From: Podarcis melisellensis
Taxonomy: Eukaryota
Assembly: GCA_964234715.1 (NCBI GenBank)
Contig: OZ174280.1
Reading direction: 5' to 3' (one strand)
DNA length: 64,000 bases
Shown in pieces: positions 46,701-58,000 of the stretch. The notes under the pieces were generated by a model. The model did no database searches, was not told the DNA's origin, and saw only the letters and a list, made by a program, of their open reading frames with translations. A program made the position numbers and the translations under genes. Position 1 is the first letter of the stretch. Every line of letters begins with the position of its first letter.

Positions 46701-49346
46701 AGGAATACTGAAACTAGATGAGCCCCCTTTCCTGACGGTCCATATCTGGATTTCTTCATTTGTAGCAAAGTAGGAATCCTAGTAGGTTGTTTCTAGGTAA
46801 TGTTTCAATTACATGTGTCTTCAGAGGCTCTTAATTACCTGGAGTCCTTGATGCCCTTGACTTCAGAAGTGTCCTACTTATGTTCTTTCCCTTCCTGCCA
46901 TATCTGACTTACTGTGCACCATGGCTGATGGCCAGGTAAGTGCACATGGGGGTCTTGGCCAGGGAGCTATTCTGTGGCACTTTTTTGCCCCGGTTTGCCA
47001 GAGCTGTGTTTATTGTCTGTGTATGTGTGTGTACCTTGCAGGCACTCAAACGGAAACCTGACCTGTTCCTGTGTAGCAGCCTGGATGTCAAAGCAGTATT
47101 CCATTGTGGTGAGTAGGCAGGCCCCGTAAGACTAAGCTATCAAAAAATTGAGCTCCCTTGATGCAGTTGGGAAAGCTGATTTAGCCAAATGAGGCAGTGT
47201 TTCTTAAAGGTTCAGATATATGACAACAGCCTGCATGTTTGATGTAGAAACACCCCTCCAATCAGACCAGCTGAAGCTCCATGTAAAGTCCTTATGCTTG
47301 CAGAAGGGAAGGCTCCTTTCCTTCCTGCTCCTGTGGAAAGCTTTGAATTGTGTTAGCTGAGTCCTGAAGTGTTGCTTTCCCTCTAGGTGTGATCTCCTTG
47401 AAGTTCCCTGAAGCACCAACTGTCAAAGCTGCCTGTGGCTTTTTTGTGAGTGTTTTGCTTTTGCTAGATCTGCCATTGGCCAATGGTACAGGCAAAGTTG
47501 CGTTTGGGCCAAGTGGCTTGGAAGCACTTGTGCTGGGACAGGATGGAGAAGCACCCAGAACTGGTGAGAGGGAGCCTCCTCCAAATTCCAGAAAGGAGCT
47601 TCTCCTTTCATAAGTTGCCATTTGGGCCTTTTTATTTTCTTTTGCAGTTGGGATTTTTTGTATGGAGGCATTTTCTCCTAACTGTATATGCCTCCACTCT
47701 GTTTGGACATGTATACAGGCATGTGCTTGTCTCCTACATGGAACTGGAGACAGATGGCTATATATCTGAGTTCTAGCAATACAGTTTGCATCAATTCCTT
47801 CTCACTGTTTCTTACAGACTGAGTTATTGCCACGTTGTGGGGAGATTCCACCGGTGGGACAAGTGGTACATGAGAATGGCAAAATGCTGCTGCAGGCTGT
47901 GCTTGAGGTAAGGAGTGGGGCTTTTCAAGCTAAGTCAGGGACAATTAGAAGGAATAACTGGAAGGAGCCATGTTCACAGATAAGCTGCACTTATTCCAGT
48001 ATGTTTTATTAATTCAGCTCCCTTCTAACCAGAATATCCCTGTATGATTTGCAGCCTGATCTAGTATTTCGTGTCTTACTTGGAAGCGTGTTCCACTAGG
48101 TTCAGTGGTGCTTACTCCCAAGCAAGTGTGCCACCTTGGCCACTTCCTTTTTAAAAACACTTCCTTGATGCAATCTGCTGGAGCCTTCTTAGGTTTGTAA
48201 TGTAATGCTCCCTCCTGCAGTGCAGTCTCCTGGGAGGATTATTGTCCGGTGTTAACTGGATTTGCTCCATCTGCAGGGTATAGGTGGCCAAGCCGCACGC
48301 AACTTGATGGATCACTTTGCTGAGATCCTCTTTGCTCTCAACAAGCACTGCTTCAGTTACTTGAGTGTCTGGATCAAGGAAGTGATGCAGCAGGATGGTT
48401 TTCCATCAGCCCGTGTCAGCCCTGAACAAAAGGAAATCTTCAGCCAACAAATTCTCAGGTGAACTTTCTCTTGAAGACTTTTCTGGAAGACTGAGTTGGG
48501 GAAGATGTATAAGCGGGTTTCTTGGCTCTTCAGCTTTCTATCTGTGCCCCCAAATTGTCATGAATGATCATGATAGATACTGAGCATTTCCCCAGGTTCA
48601 ACTGTTCTCCCCAGAATCATCTACAATAAAGAGCTTGTTTATTTTTTTATTTTTTAGTTAATTAATTAAGATGTTCAGAAAGGTTCAAGGTATTTATATA
48701 AAGTAGAGGTAAATAGAAAAGTGTAGCACGGAAACTAAACATGAACTTGAGTTTTTATCCTTGTAGAGACATGCTACCTATCTTGGTGTTGCTTTGGTTT
48801 CTCCTTTAAGCCCTGCTACTCCATGTAAAGACCCATGAATTCACCAGCATTTAATAATTATTATAACAGGAACATAAGCAGAGCCTGCTGTATCGGGCCA
48901 TTGGCCTGTTCTGGCAGGCTCTTCTTGTATTCTTATGGCTGGAAGAGCAGGATTCACTAGATTAATCCAGACACCGATGAACTGAGATGCACTGGTGAAT
49001 GATAATTTGCAGAACAGGAACATGAGTTATTTGAAAGAGGATGTCTTAATGGAGGGCAGCAATGATTATAGTAGCTGTGCGGAGCACGTCTGCAGTGCCC
49101 AGCTCTCAGTGCTGGGGATTCCATGGGTTTGGCACTGGGTGGTGCCCTTGTGTATGGGAACATCCGACTCAGCTCTAGCTGTATTTTTAAGTGACTCATT
49201 CACCATTCTTATATATCAGCCTTTCATCGTTCTTGTTCTGTGTTAGCAGAGAGCGAGTGAACAAACGGCGTGTGAAGGAGATGGTAAAGGAGTTCACGCT
49301 GCTGTGCCGAGGACTACATGGTACCGAATACACAGCAGACTACTGA
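8367..49346 (+). CDS. IPO13: Importin-13, 20 coding exons, 960 aa
   Basis: Hand-spliced join of 2883 nt with no internal stop. Peptide runs from MERRGEA...[32 protein letters not shown] to [32 protein letters not shown] and is nearly identical to human importin-13 as recalled (963 aa; exon 1 is three codons shorter here). Confidence 0.97.
9235..9360 (+). mobile_element. Degraded short tRNA-derived SINE (Squam3-like)
   Basis: cctggcacctcc...gggaaagacctctgtctcagaccctggagagct...gtataaggcagcttcctat; same family as the copies at 26925 and 46078. Confidence 0.55.
13020..13232 (+). mobile_element. Older tRNA/CORE-like SINE
   Basis: ccagtgtgttttaatggttaaagtgttgg...cagccatgaagctcactgggtgaccttgg...cctcacagggttg; A-rich tail. 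Confidence 0.65.
13704..14820 (-). mobile_element. CR1 LINE 3' fragment, split by an L1 insertion
   Basis: ORF2 C-terminal remnants [26 protein letters not shown] and IFKYLKGCH...[11 protein letters not shown]; CR1 tail (tagaatcatagaat on +). Confidence 0.9.
13780..14321 (-). mobile_element. 5'-truncated L1-clade LINE
   Basis: ORF2 C-terminus ([22 protein letters not shown]...WGKFTEYL); poly-A tail (T-run at 13780); perfect 17-bp TSD TGTAATGCAGAAATCTC at 13763-13779 and 14322-14338. Confidence 0.9.
15655..15686. repeat. (TG)n microsatellite
   Basis: About 16 TG units. Confidence 0.95.
17713..17959. mobile_element. hAT-type MITE
   Basis: CAGGGG...CCCCTG termini; perfect 8-bp TSD ATCTGGAG. 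Confidence 0.9.
19658..19915. mobile_element. MITE with GGGCT...CACACTT-type termini (possibly PIF/Harbinger-like); related copy near 34960-35157
   Basis: gggctcgttcacactt ... aagtgtggagtagcc; internal block tggac(g/c)catgctt...gtatggg.caag shared by both copies. Confidence 0.5.
20394..20608. mobile_element. Tc1/mariner (Tigger-like) MITE
   Basis: TA|CAGTCATACCTC ... GAGGTACCACTG|TA; TA TSD. Confidence 0.85.
20934..21670 (+). CDS. IPO13: IPO13 exon 2 (IBN_N / N-terminal HEAT repeats)
   Basis: ttctag|GCA; ALHQLYY...SQPDAQR; AG|gtaagt; 737 nt. Confidence 0.97.
23051..23437. mobile_element. Degraded hAT non-autonomous element, preceded by a CR1 remnant at about 22830-23040
   Basis: CAGG...CCCTG termini; internal similarity to copies near 6432-6560 and 35860-36160. 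Confidence 0.45.
24632..24800 (-). mobile_element. CR1 3' end fragment
   Basis: catagaatcata...gatcatctagttcaaccccctgcaa...; matches the CR1 end at 13704-14430. Confidence 0.75.
26732..27075 (+). mobile_element. tRNA-derived SINE (Squam3-like) split by an L2-type tail insertion (about 26770-26920)
   Basis: Head atctcagtggcagagcatctgccttgcat resumes as aaggtcccaggttcaatccctg...ggcagtttcctat. Confidence 0.65.
27380..28100 (-). mobile_element. Degraded L2 LINE ORF2 3' fragment
   Basis: Typical L2 blocks (gccagtgcagttgttt..., ttcaaggtcagccctatatacaatacattgcaataatc). Confidence 0.6.
28703..28760. repeat. (AAT)n microsatellite followed by (ATC)n
   Basis: About 16 AAT units. Confidence 0.95.
29296..29528. 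mobile_element. Tc1/mariner (Tigger-like) MITE
   Basis: TA|CAGTGGTACCT ... AGGTACCACTG|TA. Confidence 0.85.
30408..30548 (+). CDS. IPO13: IPO13 exon 3
   Basis: [10 protein letters not shown]...ALGENHSR; ag/gt borders. Confidence 0.95.
30750..30885. mobile_element. Palindromic 136-bp hAT MITE in IPO13 intron 3
   Basis: Long inverted arms; TSD TACTATAC/GACTATAC. Confidence 0.9.
31023..31158. mobile_element. Palindromic 136-bp hAT MITE in IPO13 intron 3 (second copy)
   Basis: Long inverted arms; perfect TSD CTGTAGAG. Confidence 0.9.
31284..31425 (+). CDS. IPO13: IPO13 exon 4
   Basis: ALLDQVDHW...TFWYTLQ; CAG|gtaagt. Confidence 0.95.
33399..33565 (+). CDS. IPO13: IPO13 exon 5
   Basis: [11 protein letters not shown]...EQFRIYR. 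Confidence 0.95.
33785..33905 (+). CDS. IPO13: IPO13 exon 6
   Basis: [12 protein letters not shown]...PSSWQ. Confidence 0.95.
35666..35813 (+). CDS. IPO13: IPO13 exon 7
   Basis: [10 protein letters not shown]...VMFTI. Confidence 0.95.
36495..36676 (+). CDS. IPO13: IPO13 exon 8
   Basis: [11 protein letters not shown]...IVAVSQ. Confidence 0.95.
37662..37688 (+). CDS. IPO13: IPO13 exon 9 (27-nt microexon)
   Basis: ctatag|GATGTGCTAATGAAGCAGATTCACAAG|gtaaga = DVLMKQIHK. Confidence 0.93.
38257..38391 (+). CDS. IPO13: IPO13 exon 10
   Basis: TSQCMWLMQ...EKLADET. Confidence 0.95.
38773..38916 (+). CDS. IPO13: IPO13 exon 11
   Basis: [10 protein letters not shown]...PQGPNP. Confidence 0.95.
39454..39534 (+). 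CDS. IPO13: IPO13 exon 12
   Basis: [10 protein letters not shown]...DAQVVE. Confidence 0.95.
39908..40045 (+). CDS. IPO13: IPO13 exon 13
   Basis: [10 protein letters not shown]...IDLTRQ. Confidence 0.95.
40429..40525 (+). CDS. IPO13: IPO13 exon 14
   Basis: LVHIFAHEP...TLFQQ. Confidence 0.95.
42019..42071 (+). CDS. IPO13: IPO13 exon 15 (53 nt)
   Basis: [18 protein letters not shown]; ttttag| acceptor and weak donor CAG|gtgtgt. Confidence 0.93.
43043..43070 (-). mobile_element. Short Sauria SINE 3'-end stub
   Basis: aggtaaaggtaaagagacccctgaccat, i.e. the (ACCTTT)n tail on the - strand. Confidence 0.5.
46077..46265 (-). mobile_element. tRNA-derived SINE (Squam3-like)
   Basis: Reverse complement matches the 26732-27075 family, from head gctgtaattcagtggcagagcatctgccttgca to tail ggcaccttcctatg. 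Confidence 0.75.
47042..47108 (+). CDS. IPO13: IPO13 exon 16
   Basis: ALKRKPDLF...AVFHC. Confidence 0.95.
47387..47445 (+). CDS. IPO13: IPO13 exon 17
   Basis: [19 protein letters not shown]. Confidence 0.95.
47818..47907 (+). CDS. IPO13: IPO13 exon 18
   Basis: TELLPRCGE...QAVLE. Confidence 0.95.
48277..48458 (+). CDS. IPO13: IPO13 exon 19
   Basis: GIGGQAARN...SQQIL. Confidence 0.95.
49250..49346 (+). CDS. IPO13: IPO13 exon 20 (terminal coding exon)
   Basis: ERVNKRRV...YTADY*; tandem TAGCAG acceptor. Confidence 0.95.
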
Positions 49347-50691
49347 GGGGCCATGTAGCAAAACAGGAGCATGAACAGATCTGCTGGCTACCTGCCACTG
49401 CCTAACGCTGCTATTGAACCAGCTCATAGGACGATAACTGCAACTAACCTGCTGAGGCTGCTCCTCTCAAGAATGAGCTGTTTGTCCATCCCTCCTGCAT
49501 GTTCAGAGGCAGCAGGCTACAAGGACTTGGAGCACAGGCTGGAGCTGAGGAGATTTCCTCCCCCTGCTAGACTGGTGCAATGATTGCCCCTTGTTTTCCC
49601 GGCACACTCCTGTAGACATATCTGTGGTATTGTCTGTTCCTAAAGAGTCTGCCTTTGCCCTGCATGAGGCAGCTTGTGTCTGACTGAAGTGGAAGGCCCT
49701 GCAGCCTTGAATTATATTAAGGCTATTTCTAAGCTGTGGTGTTTGGTGAATTGGGGGAAGAGACGTAACTTCTGGACAATATTGGGCAGGGGAGGGTAAA
49801 AAGCTGTAGCAGCTGCAGTTGCACTTATAGCTGCCCTAGCCTAACGGGTAATAAAGAAGAGTATGATGTCATTTTGGACAAAGAAGAAATCCAAATTCTG
49901 CAACAAAGTATTGGAAAGAATCAAAGTTAGCTTCTCAGAAGGAAGCATACCTGCCAGCCTTTGCATTTATTGGTGTGCTGGCAAAGTTGCATAACCAGTT
50001 CAAATTTTCTTTTTGCAGGCAACAATCTATAGGAGCATCCCGTGGAAGGCATATTATCATACTAGCCTGTAATATGAATGATAGTTTCTAGGTTCATTTA
50101 AAAGGATTGCAGCCACCTTTATGTGCTCTGATGAAAAATGTCCCTGGTTGCTTCTGCAGCTGAAGATCAAGATGTAACAATGGATCTGAGGGTGTGCTAC
50201 TGTTTATGGTGGAATGATGGAAGAGGAGCAAATCATTTTCATATGGGGGATTGTTGGTATTGCAGGTTTGGAGACTAACCAAGTTGAGCAAATGTGCAAT
50301 TCAGAATGACTCCAGGGCCCTTTTCAGTCTTACCTCCCCATACAACACGAGTAGGTTCCTAACCTGAGACTTGCTGTAATGTTTCCTAACCCTCGGTAGT
50401 GAAGCTCAGTTTACATAAGAGCAGGTTGGGATGGCTTGAACCTTAGTCAATCCTTTCTATTTAACAAGAGCTTACCAAAGTAACCATTGAACCATCTAAA
50501 TAACAATAGCAGATACCAGTGTGGTAAAGTACTGGAGCAGAAGTTCTCAAACACTTGCAGGCTCCATTGAGGTGGTTTGTGGAGTGGTCACAAGTATCTG
50601 TACTTGGCCCTGCACTTTATATTTTCTGATGATAGAGATGGACTTCACAGAACGTTGCTCACAAAAAAACAGGCATATCCATCGCATTAGA

Positions 50692-50697
50692 AATAAA
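50692..50697 (+). terminator. Candidate IPO13 polyadenylation signal (a more proximal one lies at 49850-49855)
   Basis: AATAAA about 1.35 kb after the stop codon. Confidence 0.45.
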
Positions 50698-53254
50698 AGA
50701 CTGCAGTTATTTAGAGTATGAGTTATAAAACAAAAAAGTAGCTGGCTGAGACCTGCACCATCCACAGCATTTTCCAAGTGGTCCATGAAAAAATGGTTTG
50801 GGAACTGCTGTACTAGAGGTTTATGTAGACATCAGCTGGAGCTTCTGCATTTCCAAGGCAAAACATGTTCTTGGGGAAGAATATGCTTATGGGACAACAG
50901 AAGCTGAAACAAAACCAGGCATCTTAAGTAAATGCAAAAAGTAGCATACTGACAATGCACTGTTCTAGGTCAAGTCTTGAAAAGTGAATAGGGTATACCG
51001 TATTTTTTTCCAAGTAAGGGTTGTTCCAGTTCAGGCAGATGAAGTACTTTGAATCTGGAAACAAGATAAGCATTTTGTGTAATCCTGGCTTGTTAAGTAA
51101 CTGCTTTCACTGGTTAAAAAAGTCAAATTATATCAGAAATCTTCACATCAAATGTGGACTTAATGTTTAGCTAATCAGTGCAACCAAGTAGTTTATGTGT
51201 TTTGATCAGAAATTGGGAGTAGTGATCTGTAATTAAGCCACCAAGCCATCTTATAGATTACTTATCTTGAATAGATGTGAAACCTTCACAATGCATATGG
51301 AAAGAACAAAGTACAGTTGGCTATATTAGGGAAAAAGCAGTACTCTGGTATTTCTATAGCAGTGGCCATGATTACACCCCGGTAAAGAGAAGTATCTACA
51401 TTAATGCACAAAACAAGCAGTACTTGGCAGAGAATGTGCCTTCTAGGTTTGGGCATGTGGTACCTTGCTGCACCTTCTCTCTTTCCATTGATTTCAGTGT
51501 TTCTGTCTGGTGTTCTTTGCACTGAAACATTCCTTTAAAAAGTAGCATTTTGAGGCTGTGTGCTGTACCTTTCAGTTATTTATTTGAAGCTCTTACTTCC
51601 ATGCTGCTTATCTAAGCACTCCACACTTTGCCTTATTAGGAAAGGTATTGATCACTGGTGTGGTCATGGGCTGCTACAGGGCTTAGCATATGATGTTGCT
51701 GCTTTCCGGAACCTGATACCTATGCAACTGCTGCCCAGGACCTTGACTGATGAGCTTGCATTGCACACAGCACTTGACCCACGTCTTCATAGGTGGTATA
51801 AGTAGAGTAGAAGGTACAAGCAAGAGACTGTAAGAGGCCATGGAACTGAATCTTACTTTGCAGCATGGAGCAAAAAGCAACATAATCATTACTAGCTTGT
51901 GCAAAAGACTGCCTGTTATACCTTTCTTGTGCTTTTTTTTTGGGGGGGGGGTCTGGTATGGCATGGCATGGCAGTTGGAGAATGGAATGTGTAGGTGATG
52001 TTCTGAAAATAGTGTTCAGAGGAAACAAACTTACGGAGATTAGGAGCAGTGCTCATGTCTAAACATGGCTTCTCCAGTTATGTTGCATTTTGTAGTATGG
52101 TTTATGGAGTTGCATACTTCCTTGGTTATTCAGTATTGTTTGCCCCACTCCTGTCTATCTTAGCCTTTCTGTCTATAACTTTTAAGCTATTGCTATGCGG
52201 TGGTCTCTTTCTTCACTTTTTGGACCATGTGTGAAGGGTAGAGGTGTGTGACTTTTCTCCACAGCGGGTGGCTGTGTAAAACAGGTATATGTGGTGCCCT
52301 CCTAATTATGATGGGCTACCATTACACCTAATGGCTATGTTGGCTGAGGCTTGTGGGAATTGTAGTTCAACAACATCTGAAGGGCCAATGGTTAGCCACC
52401 CTGGTGTAAAATAACTCACCTGGCTGCTTCTAGGGCCTTGGCCTGCTACAGTATGCCCCTCTCACTTCAGCAAACTATTATAACAGCAGCAGAAGGTGAG
52501 CGGGAGCACCAGGAAAGCAGCTATGACACGGTATAAGCAGTGTTAGAAACAGAAATATGAAAGCTAGGAGCTAAATGGCAGCTTAAACTTGGGGTATGGG
52601 CGCAACAATGGAATGTCTAGGCACACTTTTTTGTAACAAGAATGCAAAGCTGAAAATGAATGAACTGCAGCTAAAATATGTTCATTTTTCACATGGTCTC
52701 TCCTTCCGCTGCTCACCCACTAATATTCTTGAGGGTCTCTTCTCCAGTCTTCAGAGAGTAGCTGGAAGTGGAGAGGCAGAAAAAGGTCCTTTCCTTCCAC
52801 TCTGCAGTTTTAATCTGAAATCTTAGGCGCAGTACTGCACCCAGAGGTCAGAAGCTACTTGTGCTAACAGAATTCCCTGTTGCAAAATGTGCCTAGAACA
52901 ATGGGAGTTTTGAACACTGGGTATAAGCTAGTCTTACTTCTCTGTACTACCCTGTGCTAATTTATGCTGTGCTCATTTCTGGAGGTTCCCATTCTACCAG
53001 TTACTATCTCTCCCTCTCCCACTCCCATTACTTTTCTTTTTTGCTGGTATGTATCACAAGCCCCCACCCCAGGGATCATACATACGCAGCCAGATACTAA
53101 GAGCATTGGCCAGATGGGCTGTAATGTGCATAGCATACAGTGGCCCTCCTATTATCTGATAAACAATTATGAAGTTGATTTGGGTGTATTAATGCTTCAG
53201 AAAAGTTGCCCAAATAAGGAGAAAGGAAGGATGCCAATGGATTTAAAATAGAAC

Positions 53255-53307
53255 TTTATTTGGCATAGCAAGGTCTACAAGTAGTGTTTAAAAATGTTTT
53301 TTTTATT
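53255..53307 (-). terminator. Candidate DPH2 polyadenylation signals
   Basis: TTTATT on the + strand (AATAAA on -) at 53255-53260 and 53302-53307, about 1.7 kb past the DPH2 stop. Confidence 0.45.
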
Positions 53308-53974
53308 GGCAAATTATTCTAAGTCTTAAAAATGTTACTAGCTTTAACTGAAGTAGGTTCTTGACTTAAGGGATGTATATATCCCTTATCCGGTACATCT
53401 TGTACCTTGTGCTCAATGCTGTTTTGATTCCTGATTGGATGGCAGATGTTTACACAACACAGTGCCAGCTGTGTTATATTTTTCTTCTCTATTAGGATAT
53501 GGAATGATGTTTCTCCTCTCTGTTTGATAGGCAGTGCCATATAGTCATGTTCAACCGAAATAACTTTGAGCATTATATCGGATGGTACACATCTAAGGAT
53601 GTCAGTGACTTATGCTTGTGGGTCGGAAATGACGAGTGGATAAACATACCCTATCCTGCTACTGGGAGGAAAGATGCTAGTACAAAACTCTTTCGCTAAC
53701 ACAGATCAACAGCCACCCCTTTCTTCATTCTGTGCTTTTAAACTCCAAAGAGCAGCAAAATATGTAACCTCCAGCTGAGCAGACAATGCATATTTTGTAG
53801 GAGTATAACTGTATGGAGAACTATTGGATTCCATTTCTACTTGTTTCTATAGGATGCCATTGCCTCTCGTGTTCTTGTGTGCTTCCCATAGGTGTAGGTA
53901 TGTGGTTGCCCACTGTGGGAAACAGGATCCTAGACAAGATGGGCCTTTGGTTTAATGCGGCAAGGCTGTTCTTA

Positions 53975-54178
53975 TTTTTTTACTACATTTGTATCCTGCC
54001 TTTCCTCTAAAGAGATATCAAGGAGATATATATACTTCTCCCCATTTTACCTTCAACCCACCTTACAGGGTTGTAGTGAGTTGAGTAGCCCAAAATCACC
54101 CAGTGAGCTTCATGGCTGAGTGGGCATATGAACCCTAGTCTCCAAAGTCCTGTTCAGCACTCTACCCACTATACTGGC
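53975..54178 (-). mobile_element. Older tRNA/CORE-like SINE
   Basis: cacccagtgagcttcatggctgag is the reverse complement of the 13020 copy. Confidence 0.6.
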
Positions 54179-54961
54179 TCTTTATCATAGGATTCTTATG
54201 CCCCAGCTATTCAAAGCCTGGTTCTTGCTTCTGAATCCTAAAATTCAGTTCCTCATGCTATCAGCAAATCTAACTCCTCGAGGATACAAAATCCTAGCCT
54301 CAATAGGAAAACTTTTCCCAACTTCTAGTTACACCTTTAACACTGGATGGTGTGGATTAGCTCAAGGTTCAACCAGAGTATAGAAACCTGCCCTCCTTCC
54401 TCAATCGCACTCTTATCTGCTTTTCCCATGTATGAGAATATGGCAGAGGTTGAGCCTGGGCATGTAGGGGCACAATTGGCTTCCAAGAGTGCCCTAAGTT
54501 ATAGCTAACTATAACTTCCACTTGCCAGTGGAAGCTGGATAAATGGGGATCTGTGGTATAATTTCACATGTGAATTAAGCTGCAGTGCTACATACCCCTG
54601 TTCCCCCAACAGAACCCCAAGTCTACTGTGCTGCTACTCTTAGCCCAGGGCTGCTTTATGTGCACAGATAAACACCAGCACAATTGAGAGTACAGTGAGA
54701 AGAATAGGTTTACTTAGCTTCTTAACATAAAAAACACCATTTGGCAGAACTACTGTATTGTAGATGTCAGCCTGTTAGAATATTGATCTATCCATCCACC
54801 AAGAGGAATGTCCAGGCCAGGGAAAGTGATATTCCTTGCCTTATACATGTGTCTAGTTATGGATAGGAGGAAGAAGGTTGTGATAAAAACCATGTTTGGT
54901 TATCTCATCTAGATGCAGAAAGGGAAGGCAACTTTTTCTCAGCATGGCCCGGCTGGTACTG

Positions 54962-55086
54962 TCATCCAGAAGGCTCATCTTCATATGCAATGGCAATTCC
55001 CCGTCGTCCAGCCACGGCTTTTGTGACTGCTGACTGCCCCAGCTGCTGCTCCAGCCCCCGCCAGCTTCGTGACTCCAAAAATGAGG
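54962..55086 (-). CDS. DPH2: DPH2 last coding exon
   Basis: [13 protein letters not shown]...AYEDEPSG*. Confidence 0.95.
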
Positions 55087-58000
55087 CTAAGACACACAAA
55101 AAATCAATCAAACAAAAACAAAACAGAAGAACAATGATCATAGCATAAATGATTTCCCCAAGCTGAATTCCAGACACCACTCTGGAAGAGAACAGAGCTT
55201 ACAGTATATTCAAGATTATGGATGAAAGAGCCCATGGGGCCCACTGCCCCACTCATTACTGCAACAGTAAATGGAGGAAGGCGACTAGGCTGCTAATTGC
55301 TATTCTGACACTAGCATAAACCTTTGAAACATTCACCACATAACAGACTTCAAAACAGCCATTTTCATCTCCCAAGAACAACCATTAGTCACAAGAAAGG
55401 TCCTAACAGATGAGATTTGCCACCATTTGTGTGGACCGTTAACATAATCTGTTCCCGACCCCTCAGACACATACCTGCTGGGCTACTCTCAGCCATATGC
55501 ATATGGCTGCGGCAGGTCACAGAAGTGCCAGAGCTTGGCTCTGGGTCCGGTGCTGTATAAAGACAAGTTGAGCGTAGCTCGCCGGTGATGAGTGAAATGC
55601 TGGGTTCACTGTCAGCCTCTGAAACCTTGTCTGGGAAAGGGGTGTGTTCACATGCTCCTGCAGGCAACAGCAAGGGAAAGAGTAATAGCTAAGCTTGGCC
55701 CATCCAGAATCATGCCCTGCTTTTATCCACCTAAGGATGATCAAGAGGTGCAGAATTAGCACATGGAAAACAGCAGTGGGTGAGGTTGGCATTGCTCGCC
55801 TGGCTTCCCAACATGCTGCTTGTTACTGAGAGGTTGGGGAACTTGGTAAGGGCATAGCTACTCTGATGCTTCCTTTCCTGCACCTATACCACACTGAGCT
55901 CCCCACTGCCTTGCCCTTTCCCCTCTTGGTCACTGGCAGCAATGCATGGCATGGGGAAGCCAGGTGAGCAACATCAGCCCCACTGGCCACTGCAAGGTGC
56001 AACTCTTATTTGACCATTTCATATGGCAAATGTGGAGAGGACTATGGGAGGTACGCATAGCCCAATTATATCTGCTTGCACAATGGAACTTCCCCATTTC
56101 CTCCTTCCCCAAATCAGCTCTGAAGGGTTAGGGGAACCCCTAGAATAGATTCAGGGCAAGAGGAGGGGGGAGTTTCATTGCGCAAGTGAAAGTCTTTGCA
56201 CTGACAGGACATGTTACTATTTTGGATACAACCCTATGTATTTGAATTATCCCCAATGTAGAAATTGTTCCCTGCCGCTGGTCTGTCTTTGTGTGGGTGT
56301 AGGGAACTTTATGGTCATTGCTGCTGCAGCAGACTATGCCTTCAGGGCAGGCCCAAGAGCATTGGTAGAGCTGTGCAGCTTTTATGAGTCTGAAATTGCA
56401 ATTCATCGTGAGACTCAAGTTATCATTATAATAAAGCAACTTTCAAACCCTTATGCCTGCAGAAAGAATTTTGGAAGTGTGTGACCAAACATAATTTCCA
56501 GAGTCTGGTGTGAAAGGAGCTCACTGGTTTTGCCTCTACTCATTTCTCCAGTTACGAAGCCTAGTATTACCTGGTAGGAGGTGACGGAAATCTGTGACAT
56601 AGCTGCCTGTCCAGGTCCGTGCTGGATTGCATGCCATCTCCAGCTCGTAGGGTGTGACCACAGGCCGGTAGAAGTCAGCTGAATCAAGCAAAGAGTTCTG
56701 TGGGCAGGCTACCAACACAAAAATGTCCACCTCTGGAAAGTTTGCCAGCTTTGCAGGGTTGGGTTTACCCACAGCCAAGGTATAGGCCCGTTTGCCTGCC
56801 CGCTGAATGATGCCACGCAGATGCTCCAGAACAGACAAGTAGTCTGCCACACCAAGAGTGCCCACCACAATGCCCACTACTTGGGCATCCCGTGCCCGCT
56901 CCACTAGATAGAGGCGTCGCCTCAGGGCCCGGTTCACATCCAATGTTTCCCGTCGGCCTTGTCCTGTCTGAGGATTAAAGGAGCTGAAGGGACACCGGTT
57001 CCAGCTCAGCATGAAGTTGGTGAGTTCTGGGCCTTCACAACCCACATAGAACATGGCGTAGTTGTCAAGACCATGCTGACTGTCCACTACAAAGTGCCGC
57101 CCAAATTTCTTCACCAGCCCGGGAACTGGCTGAAGTTCCTTGTTATCCAGTTGAGAGAAAACTACATTGGGATAAATGGGGTGCAGCAGAGCGGCCAGGT
57201 TATCTGAGGGGAAGAGAAATGAAAAGTCATTCAGTTTAGAGACCATAACTGTCACATACGCCTCACTGTTCCAAATACTCAGCAGGCCTCTTCCATGGAC
57301 AGGGAAGGGCCCTTGTGCTAGACACTAGGTTTAAAGCTGTGATGGGGAACTCCTATCAGCCTCATGCAGCATAGCCAGTGGTCAGGGATGATGAGATTTC
57401 TAGTCCAACAACATCTGGAGAGCAATAGGTTCCCCATCCCTGATTTAAAGGATGTAAACAGAGGGGAGTTAACTGAAAGTGAATATTACAAGGAAAGATT
57501 ACTTCTGTGGCCCTTTAAAAGAGAACCCCTCCAGCCACCAAATCAGAAATATAAATTGGAACATTCACAGGAGTATTGTTTTGAATTTTCTCACTTTCAT
57601 AGAATCACAAAACATATAAAAGCCTCTTTGGCAGGTATCTGTGCATTAACTGACCACATTCCTAGTTCATTCAAACTACAAAGGAGTAAACACTAATTAA
57701 TTTATGTGGTTTTGCCTTTGAACATTAGCATGCAGGTCTATTAGCTTTGCTCTGAAGAATGTTATTGTTGAGGAAACTGCAAACTAGTAACCTAGTGGCA
57801 ATTGAGGTGGGGAGCACGGAGAGAAATAGGCATTTCCTGGTTAATCCAGCCCTGAGGATAGTAGAGAGGGTTAAAAGCTGAGACTGAGTAACATTGGAAG
57901 GCAGCTAAGACATAAAGGGCAGGACTGGCAGGGAGAGCACTGTTTGAGGTTAGAGGATGCCCACTGTAGCTTTTTCCCATCCTGGCCTGATGTACCTCTT

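Noticed and set aside
40526-47041. Intronic snoRNA or a mutually exclusive duplicate of exon 15
   Set aside because: By eye I found no paired C/D boxes with a terminal stem and no paralogous PRDHPD-like exon; an Infernal/Rfam scan would be needed to exclude them
50700-53250. Possible overlap of the convergent IPO13 and DPH2 3' UTRs
   Set aside because: Candidate poly(A) signals leave a gap of about 2.5 kb; overlap cannot be supported without transcript data
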